Assembly (NCBI GenBank): GCA_963706715.1
Contig: CAVPNI010000002.1
Coordinates: 448,001-512,000, forward strand
Direction of reading: 5' to 3'
DNA length: 64,000 nucleotides
Source: an uncultured Verrucomicrobiae bacterium
GTDB taxonomy: Bacteria; Verrucomicrobiota; Verrucomicrobiia; Chthoniobacterales; Xiphinematobacteraceae
Part shown: positions 29,767 through 39,629 of the stretch, piece by piece
Layout of the letters: each line of letters starts with the position of its first letter
Numbering within the stretch: position 1 is the stretch's first letter
Position numbers and translations under genes: made by a program
Notes under the pieces: generated by a model
Told to the model about the DNA's origin: nothing
Databases searched by the model: none
What the model saw: only the letters and a program-made list of their open reading frames with translations

Positions 29767-31137
29767 ATGGGAACTAAAAATATGGAAGCCGACGCACTAG
29801 CATATGCCTTGCGACAATCGTTACTCCCGATTTCGTATGTTTTGTGTGTTTTGGGATTCTGGGAGACTTTATGGCATCAAGCTACAGAAGTTAAGGTAAT
29901 CTTAGGAGCCATTCTCCGAGTTCTAATAGTTGCTGTATTTGTGTGGCAATACCCTAATTTTATTGATGCTGCGCGTGAATCGCTCAGTGGATTTAGAAAA
30001 GAAGTTTTTGGTCATGCGGCCGAGATGAAATCTAAAAATGCTCAAGTGAGCGAAACGGAATTTAAGAGGGCTCTAACGGCTCCGGTGAACGTACAACCCT
30101 CAACTTGGGATTTCACAGGTCAGATCTGTGCTGCACTCGTTCATTCTTTGCAGGGACTCGGACAGGTCATGTTGTCCATTTTGCTATTTCTACAAGAATT
30201 CTGTTTGGAAGGTCTCATTGCGATTTCGCCCATTTTATTAGGTTTTCTGGGATGGAACCTCACTCGGCCCATGGGGATTCAGTTTTGTCTCACAACAGTG
30301 GGAATTTTGCTCTGGGAGGTAGGGGTATTAATTGTAGATGTGCTTTTGCTGAGTTTCGGAGAGGAATACCTTAAGCCCACTTTAGAGGCAGCGGCGACAA
30401 TCGGCACTGCAGGAGCCATTACAGGAGTTGCTTCTTGGCCTTTGTTACTGAGCGCAATGGTCATTGCGGCGCTCACTCCAGCGTTTTTGTACCTTTCCGT
30501 ACCCTTTATCATTGCCACCGTTTTACGCGGTGGTGATCCCACCGCGCCTTTACTTCTTAAGGCTATGCAAATGGCCACCTCGGCATCAGGGGCCGCCGGC
30601 GCAATGATGCCGGGCTTAACAAGAGCGTTTGCGGCAGCAGGGTCGCCGCTTGGCAATTTGCTCCGAGGCGGAGGCGCTTTAGCAACCGCCGGAGGCGGAG
30701 GTAGAAACAGTTTTGCTGAGGCTGCAACGGCTGGAAACGCTCATTCCGATTCCGCTCCAATCGCTCATTCAGGAGGCATGAATGAGGGCGCGACATCACC
30801 TCCACCGCTTGCGACAAGTTCTTCAAAAAATTGCGGCGGCTCGCCGGGTTCGCCAGGAACAACGCTTCCGGGGATTTCTCTTGATGGCAGTGGTCGTGAT
30901 AAACCCGGAAAATCCGATGCTAAGATCGGAGATGCCTACGTTGGGAAACACGGTCATGTATTTAAGCAGCTCACACCGACAGAGTTCTCTTGTCAACATC
31001 CTCGGACAGGATTCACCTCCCAGCACGAAGGGAATATCGGGTCGCGTGAGGTGGCAGACAATGCCTTGTTGCTTCACAACAAGAATAGGATGGCTGCTGG
31101 CGACATGAGCAAAAAGCGCAAACCAAAATCAGCCTGA
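29767..31137 (+). CDS. VirB6/TrbL-like polytopic membrane protein
   Basis: Multiple TMs, ISPILLGF, LLWEVG, SVPFIIA, and a Gly/Ala/Ser-rich C-terminal tail typical of TrbL. Confidence 0.7.
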   Translation: MGTKNMEADALAYALRQSLLPISYVLCVLGFWETLWHQATEVKVILGAILRVLIVAVFVWQYPNFIDAARESLSGFRKEVFGHAAEMKSKNAQVSETEFKRALTAPVNVQPSTWDFTGQICAALVHSLQGLGQVMLSILLFLQEFCLEGLIAISPILLGFLGWNLTRPMGIQFCLTTVGILLWEVGVLIVDVLLLSFGEEYLKPTLEAAATIGTAGAITGVASWPLLLSAMVIAALTPAFLYLSVPFIIATVLRGGDPTAPLLLKAMQMATSASGAAGAMMPGLTRAFAAAGSPLGNLLRGGGALATAGGGGRNSFAEAATAGNAHSDSAPIAHSGGMNEGATSPPPLATSSSKNCGGSPGSPGTTLPGISLDGSGRDKPGKSDAKIGDAYVGKHGHVFKQLTPTEFSCQHPRTGFTSQHEGNIGSREVADNALLLHNKNRMAAGDMSKKRKPKSA

Positions 31138-31142
31138 ATCCT

Positions 31143-31859
31143 ATGAAAGAGAACCAAAGTGACGTTGATCAAAGTGCTCCGGTTCCCCTTTGCAAAAGCG
31201 CTTCCAAACCATCCACCAAAACGAATTGGCTAAAAAATGGGGCGGCATGGGTAATAGCTAATAACCGCATCGCAGCTCGTTTTTGGATGAGCATGTCACT
31301 GATCCTTGCAGCATGGGGTTTTGCCTCGCCTTTATGGTTAACATCGATTCTGAAAGAGCAAGAAAGAGTTGTTATTTTAGACCCCGCCGGAACACTGATT
31401 TATTCTGCTATTTTGGGTTTTGAAGAAGCGGGACAGCTCCACGCCTATCACGCCCGGCTTGCTGCGCTTGCCTTTCTTCAACGAAATCCTGAAGGACTGG
31501 ATCTTCCCGAGCTCTTCGAGCGCATATTTATTGAACCGGCACGTTCCGAAGGCGACCGCTTATTGGCTTTAGATGCGCAAGAATTTTCGGAAAAACAAAT
31601 TCATCAAAAATGCGAAATTACACGCATTGATATTATGGAAAGCCGCCGCATTAAAGATGGGTCCGGTCAGTCTTACGAAGCAATTTCTATTAAAAGTAAT
31701 GGAAATTTAGTTCGTACAGGCTCCTTAGGTGAAATGGAATTTCGTGAAGCTGCGGAATTCGAATTAATTTTGGAATTTATTCGAAATCCCGATCTTCTAA
31801 AAAATGGCTTACTGCCCCTCGTGGTGTATAACTTGCATTATTCTGAGAAACTCTTGTGA
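31143..31859 (+). CDS. VirB8/TrbF-like protein
   Basis: Single TM, VVILDPAG, periplasmic alpha/beta domain ending RNP...PLVV. Confidence 0.62.
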   Translation: MKENQSDVDQSAPVPLCKSASKPSTKTNWLKNGAAWVIANNRIAARFWMSMSLILAAWGFASPLWLTSILKEQERVVILDPAGTLIYSAILGFEEAGQLHAYHARLAALAFLQRNPEGLDLPELFERIFIEPARSEGDRLLALDAQEFSEKQIHQKCEITRIDIMESRRIKDGSGQSYEAISIKSNGNLVRTGSLGEMEFREAAEFELILEFIRNPDLLKNGLLPLVVYNLHYSEKLL

Positions 31860-32758
31860 TTCAATTTCTTTGCATGAAATTTACCTATTTTGAGAGCCAC
31901 TTCGAAGATGTGCTCTGTTATTTTCGGAGAAGCATTTTCTTGCTTACATCAACGAGTCTCTTCAGTATTTGTTTTGCAGAGCCTGTTCAGCCCATTATTC
32001 ATAAGCAACTCGATGAAAATGTAATCTATGGGATTAGAGTTGCCCGCCATACTGGAACTACAACCGTCCTTTTTCCAGCCCCTATTGCTGGGATCTATGG
32101 ACAGAAGGTGGCGAAGGCGCCGCAAGACAATGCTGATTTTCTGATCAATTTTGTTCCGGGAAGTTTTCATTTTACCCTGCATGCCTTACACGAAAAGGCG
32201 GAGGATAGACTCACGGTGATCTTTGAAAGAAAGGCCTATGTCTTGCACCTGAGCGCTGCGGATGATGCGCATTTCACTGTTTCTTTTTATTATCCAAGCC
32301 GGATTGCTTCAGGAAAATTTCTGGTGACTCCTGAAAAGCTTCTTTCGATTTTGGATCGTGCAAAAGCATACGGTCTTTTAAAAAGCGGCGCGCCGGATGC
32401 ATTGGTTGGTGTGGAGCGCACTACTCCTGATCGAGAGATCCACTACGAAGGATTTCGAGTGATCCTCCGAGAAGTCTTTCGATTTGATCCGGAGGATGTT
32501 CTGGTTTTTCATATAGAGTTTGAAAATGAGTCCGATCACTTAATTCGTTACCGGCCCGATCAACTTGCAGCACGCCTAGGGGATCGCATTTATGGTCAAA
32601 CTATTGCTGATGCTTCCGGAGTCATCCCTCAGAATGCTAGAACAAACGCCTTTTTTGTAATTACAGGCATGCCGGGCGGAGGAAGAAACAACCTCCGGGC
32701 TGAGAATCCGTGGAATATTTTGGTAGCCCGAGCTGGGCAGGAGGCGACGTCTAAATGA
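31856..32758 (+). CDS. VirB9/TrbG-like outer-membrane core complex protein
   Basis: Signal peptide, TTTVLFP, LTVIF...YVL beta-rich domains; lies between the VirB8-like and VirB10-like genes. Confidence 0.6.
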   Translation: MIQFLCMKFTYFESHFEDVLCYFRRSIFLLTSTSLFSICFAEPVQPIIHKQLDENVIYGIRVARHTGTTTVLFPAPIAGIYGQKVAKAPQDNADFLINFVPGSFHFTLHALHEKAEDRLTVIFERKAYVLHLSAADDAHFTVSFYYPSRIASGKFLVTPEKLLSILDRAKAYGLLKSGAPDALVGVERTTPDREIHYEGFRVILREVFRFDPEDVLVFHIEFENESDHLIRYRPDQLAARLGDRIYGQTIADASGVIPQNARTNAFFVITGMPGGGRNNLRAENPWNILVARAGQEATSK

Positions 32759-33831
32759 TCAATTTCCGCCACATTTGGGCATTCTTTAGGACGCCTTTTG
32801 GGCGACTTGCACTATTTTTTCTATTATTTTTCATTTTAGTAAACGGTGGAGTATTTAAGAAACGGTCACGCAATGAGCCTGAGGTCATGGAAAGAGAGGG
32901 AGCTACAGTTGCCACACACTCGCGGTTTATTCACCCAATTCCACCACTCCCTCCTAAAAAAGTAATCTCCAGTCCAATGCCGTTTGCCGGACTTATGAAG
33001 TCCATGCAGAAACCGGCTACTGACGAAGAATTGAGGGAACCGGCGACGACGCCTCCGAGGTCCTCGACTTCACCCATCCCTATGGCAATTTTCGATGCTT
33101 CAGACATGCTACCCATGCGACCCACACAGTATCTTCCCTTTGGGCGATTAATTCGATGTGAGTTAGTAAATACCGTCGACACTTCTAACATGCTAACACC
33201 TATCATTGGTCTCGTGACTAACGATGTTTGGCAGGAGGGTGAATTGATTATCCCGGCAGGGACGGAGGTTCATGGCATTGCTTCGAATCAACCGGAACGA
33301 GAGCGGATTGGAACTAATAACCACTGGATGTTGGTATTTCATGATGGGCGAGAATTGGGGGTGTCTGGCATTGCGTTAGACCATGCCCCAATACCTGATC
33401 AGGAAAGATGGGAAATTTCGGATGGTTCAGCCGGACTGCGCGGAAATATCATTCAGTCCGATCGCTATGCTGAGATGAAGGCGGTGAGTGCTGCGATGCT
33501 AGCGGCAGCTGCGGACGGTTTTATCGAAAATATCCAGTTCATCGGCCAATACAGCGGAACAACAATACGCAGAGTTCCAGGGTGGCGTACAGCCGTCGCT
33601 GCGGGAGTGGAACGGGGTGCACAACTCATTTCTCAGCGTCTTTTGGAGAGAGGAGATCCCTTCTTTGTCCGCGTGCCGGCCGGCGCCACCTTTTATCTTT
33701 ACGTTACCCAAAACGTGGATCTTCAGCAAGCTGCGATTGCCGGGTCCTCGCCGGACGGGCAGAAAGTCCGCAAAGGATCTGCCGCCCGATCCACGCAGCT
33801 TCTAAGTTTCCCGCATCCTCCTGAATCATGA
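32755..33831 (+). CDS. VirB10/TrbI-like protein
   Basis: TM, Pro-rich linker, PFGRLIRCELVNTVDT, IIPAGTEVHG, GSAGLRG, VRVPAGATFYLYV. Confidence 0.8.
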   Translation: MINFRHIWAFFRTPFGRLALFFLLFFILVNGGVFKKRSRNEPEVMEREGATVATHSRFIHPIPPLPPKKVISSPMPFAGLMKSMQKPATDEELREPATTPPRSSTSPIPMAIFDASDMLPMRPTQYLPFGRLIRCELVNTVDTSNMLTPIIGLVTNDVWQEGELIIPAGTEVHGIASNQPERERIGTNNHWMLVFHDGRELGVSGIALDHAPIPDQERWEISDGSAGLRGNIIQSDRYAEMKAVSAAMLAAAADGFIENIQFIGQYSGTTIRRVPGWRTAVAAGVERGAQLISQRLLERGDPFFVRVPAGATFYLYVTQNVDLQQAAIAGSSPDGQKVRKGSAARSTQLLSFPHPPES

Positions 33832-34397
33832 AAATCTATTTTATTACTTTCCTTGCGATCTTAGACATTGGTTGTTTTTCCTGGAGAACAGCTCAGATAC
33901 CTGTGGCGAGGGCCCTTCCAGCAAACACGGGGCCCCTGGCATCACGAAACCGAGATCGCTTACGAACGTCCGAAATAGTGAAAGCGTACCCTATCGGACG
34001 CTATGTTGATCCCGCTTCCGGACGGGTGATGCACGAGAAACACACCATCTATCGCGTGGAAGAAGACGCTGCCTGGAACACCTGGAATGAGGCAAAAGGA
34101 GAAAACAGAGCTGGCAATGGGCCAGACTCCGAGGTTTCCGCAAAAGCTCACGAAATCAGCAAGGCACATCTTGCTGCAATGGCCGAACAAAATGCTGTGT
34201 TGGAAAAAAAGATCCGAACTTTAGAAAAAGAGCATGCACGCTGTTTGGATGAACAGGGTGGTAATGAACGGCGGATAGACACCACGGATATCGTCCTTTC
34301 CACTCGACGAAGAGCGTCTGAGATCCACCGCGTACCCTTTCGGATTGAACCTCTTGTTTCCAAGGATTCCACCTCACCTCCCGCGCCAGTGCAATGA
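33828..34397 (+). CDS. T4SS-associated putative lipoprotein
   Basis: Short signal ending IGC, YPIGRYVDP...MHEKHTIYRVE, coiled coil; ATGA overlaps on both sides. Confidence 0.55.
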   Translation: MKIYFITFLAILDIGCFSWRTAQIPVARALPANTGPLASRNRDRLRTSEIVKAYPIGRYVDPASGRVMHEKHTIYRVEEDAAWNTWNEAKGENRAGNGPDSEVSAKAHEISKAHLAAMAEQNAVLEKKIRTLEKEHARCLDEQGGNERRIDTTDIVLSTRRRASEIHRVPFRIEPLVSKDSTSPPAPVQ

Positions 34398-35314
34398 ACC
34401 ACCATTTGGCCCGAAACAAACTGCGTCAATTGGAAACGCGTTTATGGGAACGTATCTGCGGTCAAGATCATGTGATCCCTAGAGTAATGTCTCTCTTGGA
34501 GCGAGGAGAACTGGGCTTGCAGCCGCGAGAGCGTCCCAGGGGATCCTTTCTTTTTCTTGGACCAACGGGCGTCGGAAAAACTCAGATGACTTTGGAAATT
34601 GCGGAATGTCTTTTTGGACAGCATGGCGCCATTCGTTTTGATATGTCCGAGTTTCTTCACCTTGATCAAGTGAAGTCGTTTGTTGGAGAGGGAAAAGATC
34701 GTCCTGGGCGGTTAGGGATAGCCCTGGAAGCCCATAGGACGGGAGTTTTGCTATTCGATGAAATTGAAAAGGCCCACCCTCGAATTTGGGATCTTTTTTT
34801 ACAGATGTTGGACGCCGCTAGGATTACTTTAGGAGATCATCGTCAATGGGACCTTTCGGGGTTTTACATAGTGTGCACAACGAATATCGGTTCGGAAAAT
34901 CTTCTTCGCCGGACGCGATTGCCGTTTGCCACCTTGGAGCGCGCGGTGCTAGGTCAATTGCATGCCCATTTTCGGCCTGAACTTGTGGCACGATTTGACG
35001 AAAAACTGGTCTTTTGTCCCCTAAGCTATTCTGTGCAGCGAAAAATTGCGGATGCTACTATTATAGCGGAGTTAGCTCGAATGGGTCGGGAAGGCTATCA
35101 TTTGGGGGTCGGAGAGTCGGCTGTTGAATTTATCATTAGGTATGGAATGCACCATTCCTTAGGAGCGCGCCCAATGAAGCAGGCCGTACTGAGATATGTT
35201 GGGGATGCGATTTGTGCCGATTTAAAAAAGGGGGGGAAAGGCTGTGGATATCTGGTGGCGGCTCCTAGTGGCGAAAGATTGACGATAGTTCCGGAAAAAC
35301 CCGACTGCGTGTAA
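34394..35314 (+). CDS. Stand-alone ClpB/ClpA D2-type AAA+ ATPase
   Basis: ICGQDH, FLFLGPTGVGKT, RFDMSEF, LLFDEIEKAHP, RPELVARFD, GARP; no N domain and no D1 domain. Confidence 0.85.
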   Translation: MNHHLARNKLRQLETRLWERICGQDHVIPRVMSLLERGELGLQPRERPRGSFLFLGPTGVGKTQMTLEIAECLFGQHGAIRFDMSEFLHLDQVKSFVGEGKDRPGRLGIALEAHRTGVLLFDEIEKAHPRIWDLFLQMLDAARITLGDHRQWDLSGFYIVCTTNIGSENLLRRTRLPFATLERAVLGQLHAHFRPELVARFDEKLVFCPLSYSVQRKIADATIIAELARMGREGYHLGVGESAVEFIIRYGMHHSLGARPMKQAVLRYVGDAICADLKKGGKGCGYLVAAPSGERLTIVPEKPDCV

Positions 35315-35600
35315 TAAAGCTGGGGCAGCTCTAGCTGCGCTGGTTTCTACAGTTGGTGGTTCGTAGTTCGCAGAGGCTCCATTGTTTGACTGAAGAAATT
35401 GTTGGATCAAGGAAAGGCGCCCGTTTCTGAAGGCTTTGAGGTCTGAATGGAGTCCCCATATCCGAAAATTTCCAATCGCCGCTAAATTATAACATCCATA
35501 TATTCAATATATTATAAACGTATGGCAAAGTTTGATACAAAACTAATTGGACAGACCAAGGGGAAATAACATACAACAGGTTGCGCCAATTGAAACTCCC

Positions 35601-37316
35601 ATGAACTTAGTTTCGTTCCCTGTCTTAGCTGTCGAGACATCACGCCTTTTACATCTTAGCGGAGTTGATTCTCTCATCATTCTGATCTATTTTTGCTTTG
35701 TTTTAGGGATCGGATTTTATTTGAAGCGCTTTACTAAAACGAGTGAAGATTTCTTCTTAGCTGGACGCAGTATGACTGCGTGGATTGCCGGCCTGAGCTT
35801 TCTTTCCGCTAATCTTGGCTCTCTGGAATTAATGGGTTGGGCTGGAGCCACTTATCAGTACGGCATCTTAGCCGCTCATTGGTATTGGATCGGTGCCGTA
35901 CCCGCCATGCTCTTATTGGGTATTGTCATGATGCCCTTCTATTATATCTCTAAAACCCATTCGGTTCCTGGCTATTTACAACTGCGATTTGGCGATGGAA
36001 GCCGAACGCTCTCCGCAGTCACATTTGGCGTTATGACCATTCTAATGAGTGGCATTAACATGTTCGCAATGGCGTTAGTCATGAAAGTGGTGCTAGGGTG
36101 GGATCTTAATCTTAGTATTTGGATTTCATCTCTCACTGTCGCAACTTATGTGGTCTTCGGCGGCTTGCTCTCCGCTATTTTCAACGAGGTTCTCCAGTTT
36201 ATGCTCATATGGTTTGGCGCCTTGGTCATCCCTATTCTTGGTTTGACCGAAGCCGGTGGTTGGTCAGGCATGGTCAAACGGATCCATGAACAATTCCCAG
36301 CAACGGATTATACTCATCTTTGGTCGCCTCTTTCTTCGTTTACAACTAATCCTATGGGGATTCATTGGACGGGCATTGTATTTGGATTGGGATGCGTGCT
36401 TGCTATGGGATATTGGACCACGGATTTTCTAGTAGTCCAGCGAGTGCTTAGCGCAAAAGATCTCCGTGCAGCTAAAATGGCTCCTATTATCGGAGCATTT
36501 TTTAAGATGTTTGTACCGGTGATTGTCATTCTGCCCGGTTTGCTTGCCCTCGCAGTCCTTCCAATAAAATTAGTGCCTGAAAATGCATCTGTTGGCGCTG
36601 GGGTGCACACTTATAACGAAGTGCTCCCGCTCATGCTGGCGCGGTATGCGGGACCAGGCTTATTGGGTTTGGGTATCACTGCTCTGATCGCTGGATTTAT
36701 GTCCGGTATGGCTGGGAATGTGAGCGCATTTTCGACCGTCTGGACCTATGATATTTATCGTCCCCTATTCAAGCCTAATGCAGCTGATTCGCATTATATG
36801 ACCGTAGGCCGCTGGTCCACTCTCATTGGCGTCCTCGTCAGCATCGGAGCCGCATATCTTTGTATGCAGTTCAAAAGCATTATGGATTATGTTCAGGCAT
36901 TATTTAGTTTCTTCATCGCACCCCTATTTGGCACCGTATTGTTAGGGATGCTTTGGAAGCGTGCAACCAACGCGGGAGGATTTTGGGGGTTATTGGCGGG
37001 CATTGGCTCCTCAATAGGGATGTACGCTTGGGTAAAAATTGATCCCATCGCACTCAAGTATATTGCGTTAAGCGACCATGCACAGGACATGGCTGAAAAT
37101 ATGTATCGAGCGTTATGGAGCTGGATGATTTGTGTGGCGGTCACGATCGTCGTGAGTTATGCAACGAAACCACGCCCTGATGCGGAGCTGACAGGCCTGG
37201 TACGAAGTTGTACTCCTCTTCCTACCGAAGGGCATTATCCCCTCATTCAGCGACCCAGTTTTTGGGCAGTAATTGTTATTTTAATTTTCCTGATCATTAA
37301 TTTCATTTTCCGTTAG
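35601..37316 (+). CDS. Sodium:solute symporter family protein
   Basis: EDFFLAGRSM, GGLLSA, VVQRVLSAKD, many TMs. Confidence 0.93.
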   Translation: MNLVSFPVLAVETSRLLHLSGVDSLIILIYFCFVLGIGFYLKRFTKTSEDFFLAGRSMTAWIAGLSFLSANLGSLELMGWAGATYQYGILAAHWYWIGAVPAMLLLGIVMMPFYYISKTHSVPGYLQLRFGDGSRTLSAVTFGVMTILMSGINMFAMALVMKVVLGWDLNLSIWISSLTVATYVVFGGLLSAIFNEVLQFMLIWFGALVIPILGLTEAGGWSGMVKRIHEQFPATDYTHLWSPLSSFTTNPMGIHWTGIVFGLGCVLAMGYWTTDFLVVQRVLSAKDLRAAKMAPIIGAFFKMFVPVIVILPGLLALAVLPIKLVPENASVGAGVHTYNEVLPLMLARYAGPGLLGLGITALIAGFMSGMAGNVSAFSTVWTYDIYRPLFKPNAADSHYMTVGRWSTLIGVLVSIGAAYLCMQFKSIMDYVQALFSFFIAPLFGTVLLGMLWKRATNAGGFWGLLAGIGSSIGMYAWVKIDPIALKYIALSDHAQDMAENMYRALWSWMICVAVTIVVSYATKPRPDAELTGLVRSCTPLPTEGHYPLIQRPSFWAVIVILIFLIINFIFR

Positions 37317-37324
37317 GACATCTT

Positions 37325-37543
37325 ATGAAAGAACACATTGTCTCTATTTGGTACCTGATCGGTCAAATCATGGTTGTTTATGGAATTCTGATCGGCGGAG
37401 CCGGAATTTATTATTGTTTTTATCCCCCGCCAGAGCATCTCATCCTAGCACATTTACATGCGGATCTTTGGTGGGGCGCGTTGATGTTTGCCTTGGGTGT
37501 CTTCTATCTCTCAAAATTTCATCCTTCGAAAACAAAAAAGTAG
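37325..37543 (+). CDS. Small two-TM protein associated with the symporter
   Basis: 72 aa, two hydrophobic helices, HADLWWG, 8 bp after the symporter. Confidence 0.7.
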   Translation: MKEHIVSIWYLIGQIMVVYGILIGGAGIYYCFYPPPEHLILAHLHADLWWGALMFALGVFYLSKFHPSKTKK

Positions 37544-37550
37544 TTTGGGG

Positions 37551-38996
37551 TTATCTTCCTTGTCCGGTATAAAGGACGTGTTCCACAATTTCTCCTAATC
37601 GCATCAAGGCACTTTTGTGCAGGTCGTTCCAAGGATGACCACAGGCAAGTCTGATAAAATTCCTGTAGTTTCGTGAAATCGAAAACGCATTGCCAGGCGC
37701 GATACCAATTTTTTCTTGGCGGGCAGCGTGAAATATAACATGAGAATCCACTTCTTCAGGGAGCTCCACCCAAAGGGCGGTCCCTCCCTTCGGAGGGATG
37801 AGCTTTGTTCCGATAGGAAAATATTTCAGAACCGCCTCTGTCATAATTTGCATCTGTTCAGCCAAAGCCCTTCTTAATCCTCGGAGATGATAATCATAGC
37901 CTCCGGTAGCCAAAAACTCGGCAACCGCCATGGCGGGAAGGGTAGCATTGGACATCGTTGACATCGCTTTTCTATCAATTATATCCCGATAAAATTTCCC
38001 GGGCACAACGTAGCCTACCCGATAAGACGGGGCCAAAGTTTTGGAAAAGGAGCTGCACAGCATGATCGAATCTTTGCGATCCAAGGTTTTTAACGTCATC
38101 GGACGTTTGCCTTCAAAAATTAAATCTCCATGGAGATCGTCCTCGATAATTGGAACGTTATGGAATGCGCACAATTCGACCAATGCCTTCTTGTTCCGTT
38201 CCGGCATTAAGGAGCCTGTGGGATTGTTGAAATTCGGCGCAATGAGCAACCCTTGGATGCGCCGCATAGAAAGGAGGCGCCCTAATTCAGCAATTACCAA
38301 CCCATTCGGCGGATAGCAGGAAATTTCCAACGCATGGATTCCCAGTTCTCGCAACATCGGGACCACCGCTGGAGACATGGGAGACTCCACCGCAATGGTA
38401 TCACCCGGACTGCTAATTGCCCGTATGCAGAGGGCAAGTGCCTCGGTTGCCCCGTTGGTAATCACCACATCCTCGGGTCCCAACACACCTCCCCATTCCA
38501 CCGAACGTTTTGCAATCTGCTGCCTCAAACTTAAATTACCAGGAATCAAATCATATTCCATTGCTTTGTACCCAGCTCGCCTCGCCGCAGACCCCAATGC
38601 ACGAGAAAGTTTTAAGGACGGAAGCAAACGGGAAGACGGTGCACAGAGTCCAAAAGAAATAAAATCAGGACGCGTTGCATCTCGCAGCAACGTCACCAGA
38701 AAGCTATCTACATTTTGCCTCTGATCGTCTTTCCGCTGAGAAGAAGGCCGAAACCCCCGCAAATAGAAGCCGGATCGCGTTCGAGCCTCCACAATTCCGC
38801 GGGTCTCTAGCAATACATAGGCCTGTGTCACCGTTGGAATGCTGACTCCGTACCGGCGGGCCAAAGATCGTAATGAAGGCATCCGGTCGCCTATCCTCAA
38901 ACATCCCCTGCGGATCAATTCCTCTACGGCTGCTGCCAATCTTCGATACAACGGTTCATGCGATTGGGGGAGCGGAAGCGTCTCGCCGTGGATCAT
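37551..38996 (-). CDS. MocR/GabR-family PLP-dependent GntR regulator
   Basis: GDRMPSLR HTH, NNPTG, IIEDD, SFSKTLAP. Start uncertain (the ORF extends to 39137). Confidence 0.93.
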   Translation of the reverse strand: MIHGETLPLPQSHEPLYRRLAAAVEELIRRGCLRIGDRMPSLRSLARRYGVSIPTVTQAYVLLETRGIVEARTRSGFYLRGFRPSSQRKDDQRQNVDSFLVTLLRDATRPDFISFGLCAPSSRLLPSLKLSRALGSAARRAGYKAMEYDLIPGNLSLRQQIAKRSVEWGGVLGPEDVVITNGATEALALCIRAISSPGDTIAVESPMSPAVVPMLRELGIHALEISCYPPNGLVIAELGRLLSMRRIQGLLIAPNFNNPTGSLMPERNKKALVELCAFHNVPIIEDDLHGDLIFEGKRPMTLKTLDRKDSIMLCSSFSKTLAPSYRVGYVVPGKFYRDIIDRKAMSTMSNATLPAMAVAEFLATGGYDYHLRGLRRALAEQMQIMTEAVLKYFPIGTKLIPPKGGTALWVELPEEVDSHVIFHAARQEKIGIAPGNAFSISRNYRNFIRLACGHPWNDLHKSALMRLGEIVEHVLYTGQGR

Positions 38997-39570
38997 ATCC
39001 AACGGATCTTCTTCCTCTAGAACATCAATCCGAAAATCTCTCCAACGTGGTAATACGTCACAAATCGGTATTGTCTGCTCGAATTCAATAGAATGCACAT
39101 TTTCGCCATAACTTTTCACAAACGGTTCTATCTGCATGATTCTAATGGGATATGTTTACTGACTTACTGTATCTATAAGTATCACTGCCATTGCAACTTT
39201 GATGCTCATATTTAAAATAATGATAATGAAAGAATTTTTGTCATAATTTTGATTTTCTATTGTAAAAAAATGTCATTCCAACTGATCACAATGGAGGAGG
39301 CACCAGATGGAGCCGAGGTTACTTCCGGCGCCTCGTATCAAGATTTCAACCGTCAGAATTACAAAGCATTGTGCTGGCAAGTTTAGCACAGAATTGACAG
39401 TTCTGCATCTCAACAGAACGAGAAATTCAATTTATGACGCATTTTTTTTGGCAATAGCACGATATTGCGATCAATGAGTCGGCCAAGATGCACGCTTGTG
39501 TTTCTTCGGTGAATCCGTCACATCGGACCGGCATTGGCGGATTCTTTTTTATAGGGGTCATGCTATAGCT

Positions 39571-39629
39571 GTAGTGCAAATAAAGTTTATTCTCGTTCAG
39601 CGGCTTCCAAAAGAAACCGACGAAGTCGG
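39571..39629 (+). repeat. Palindromic element, copy D (right half; overlaps the 3' end of the 39597-40124 gene)
   Basis: gtagtgcaaataaagtttattctcgttcagcggcttccaaaagaaaccgacgaagtcgg. Confidence 0.72.

Noticed and set aside
24616..35314. Complete ICE/conjugative transposon or T6SS call
   Set aside because: No integrase, relaxase, coupling protein or att repeats were seen. The Clp-like ATPase lacks the ClpV N and D1 domains, and there are no sheath, Hcp or VgrG genes.
39140..39545. Divergent 49-aa ORF after GGAGGAGG near 39307 and possible MocR operator repeats
   Set aside because: No recognisable protein features, and the repeats are too weak to define.
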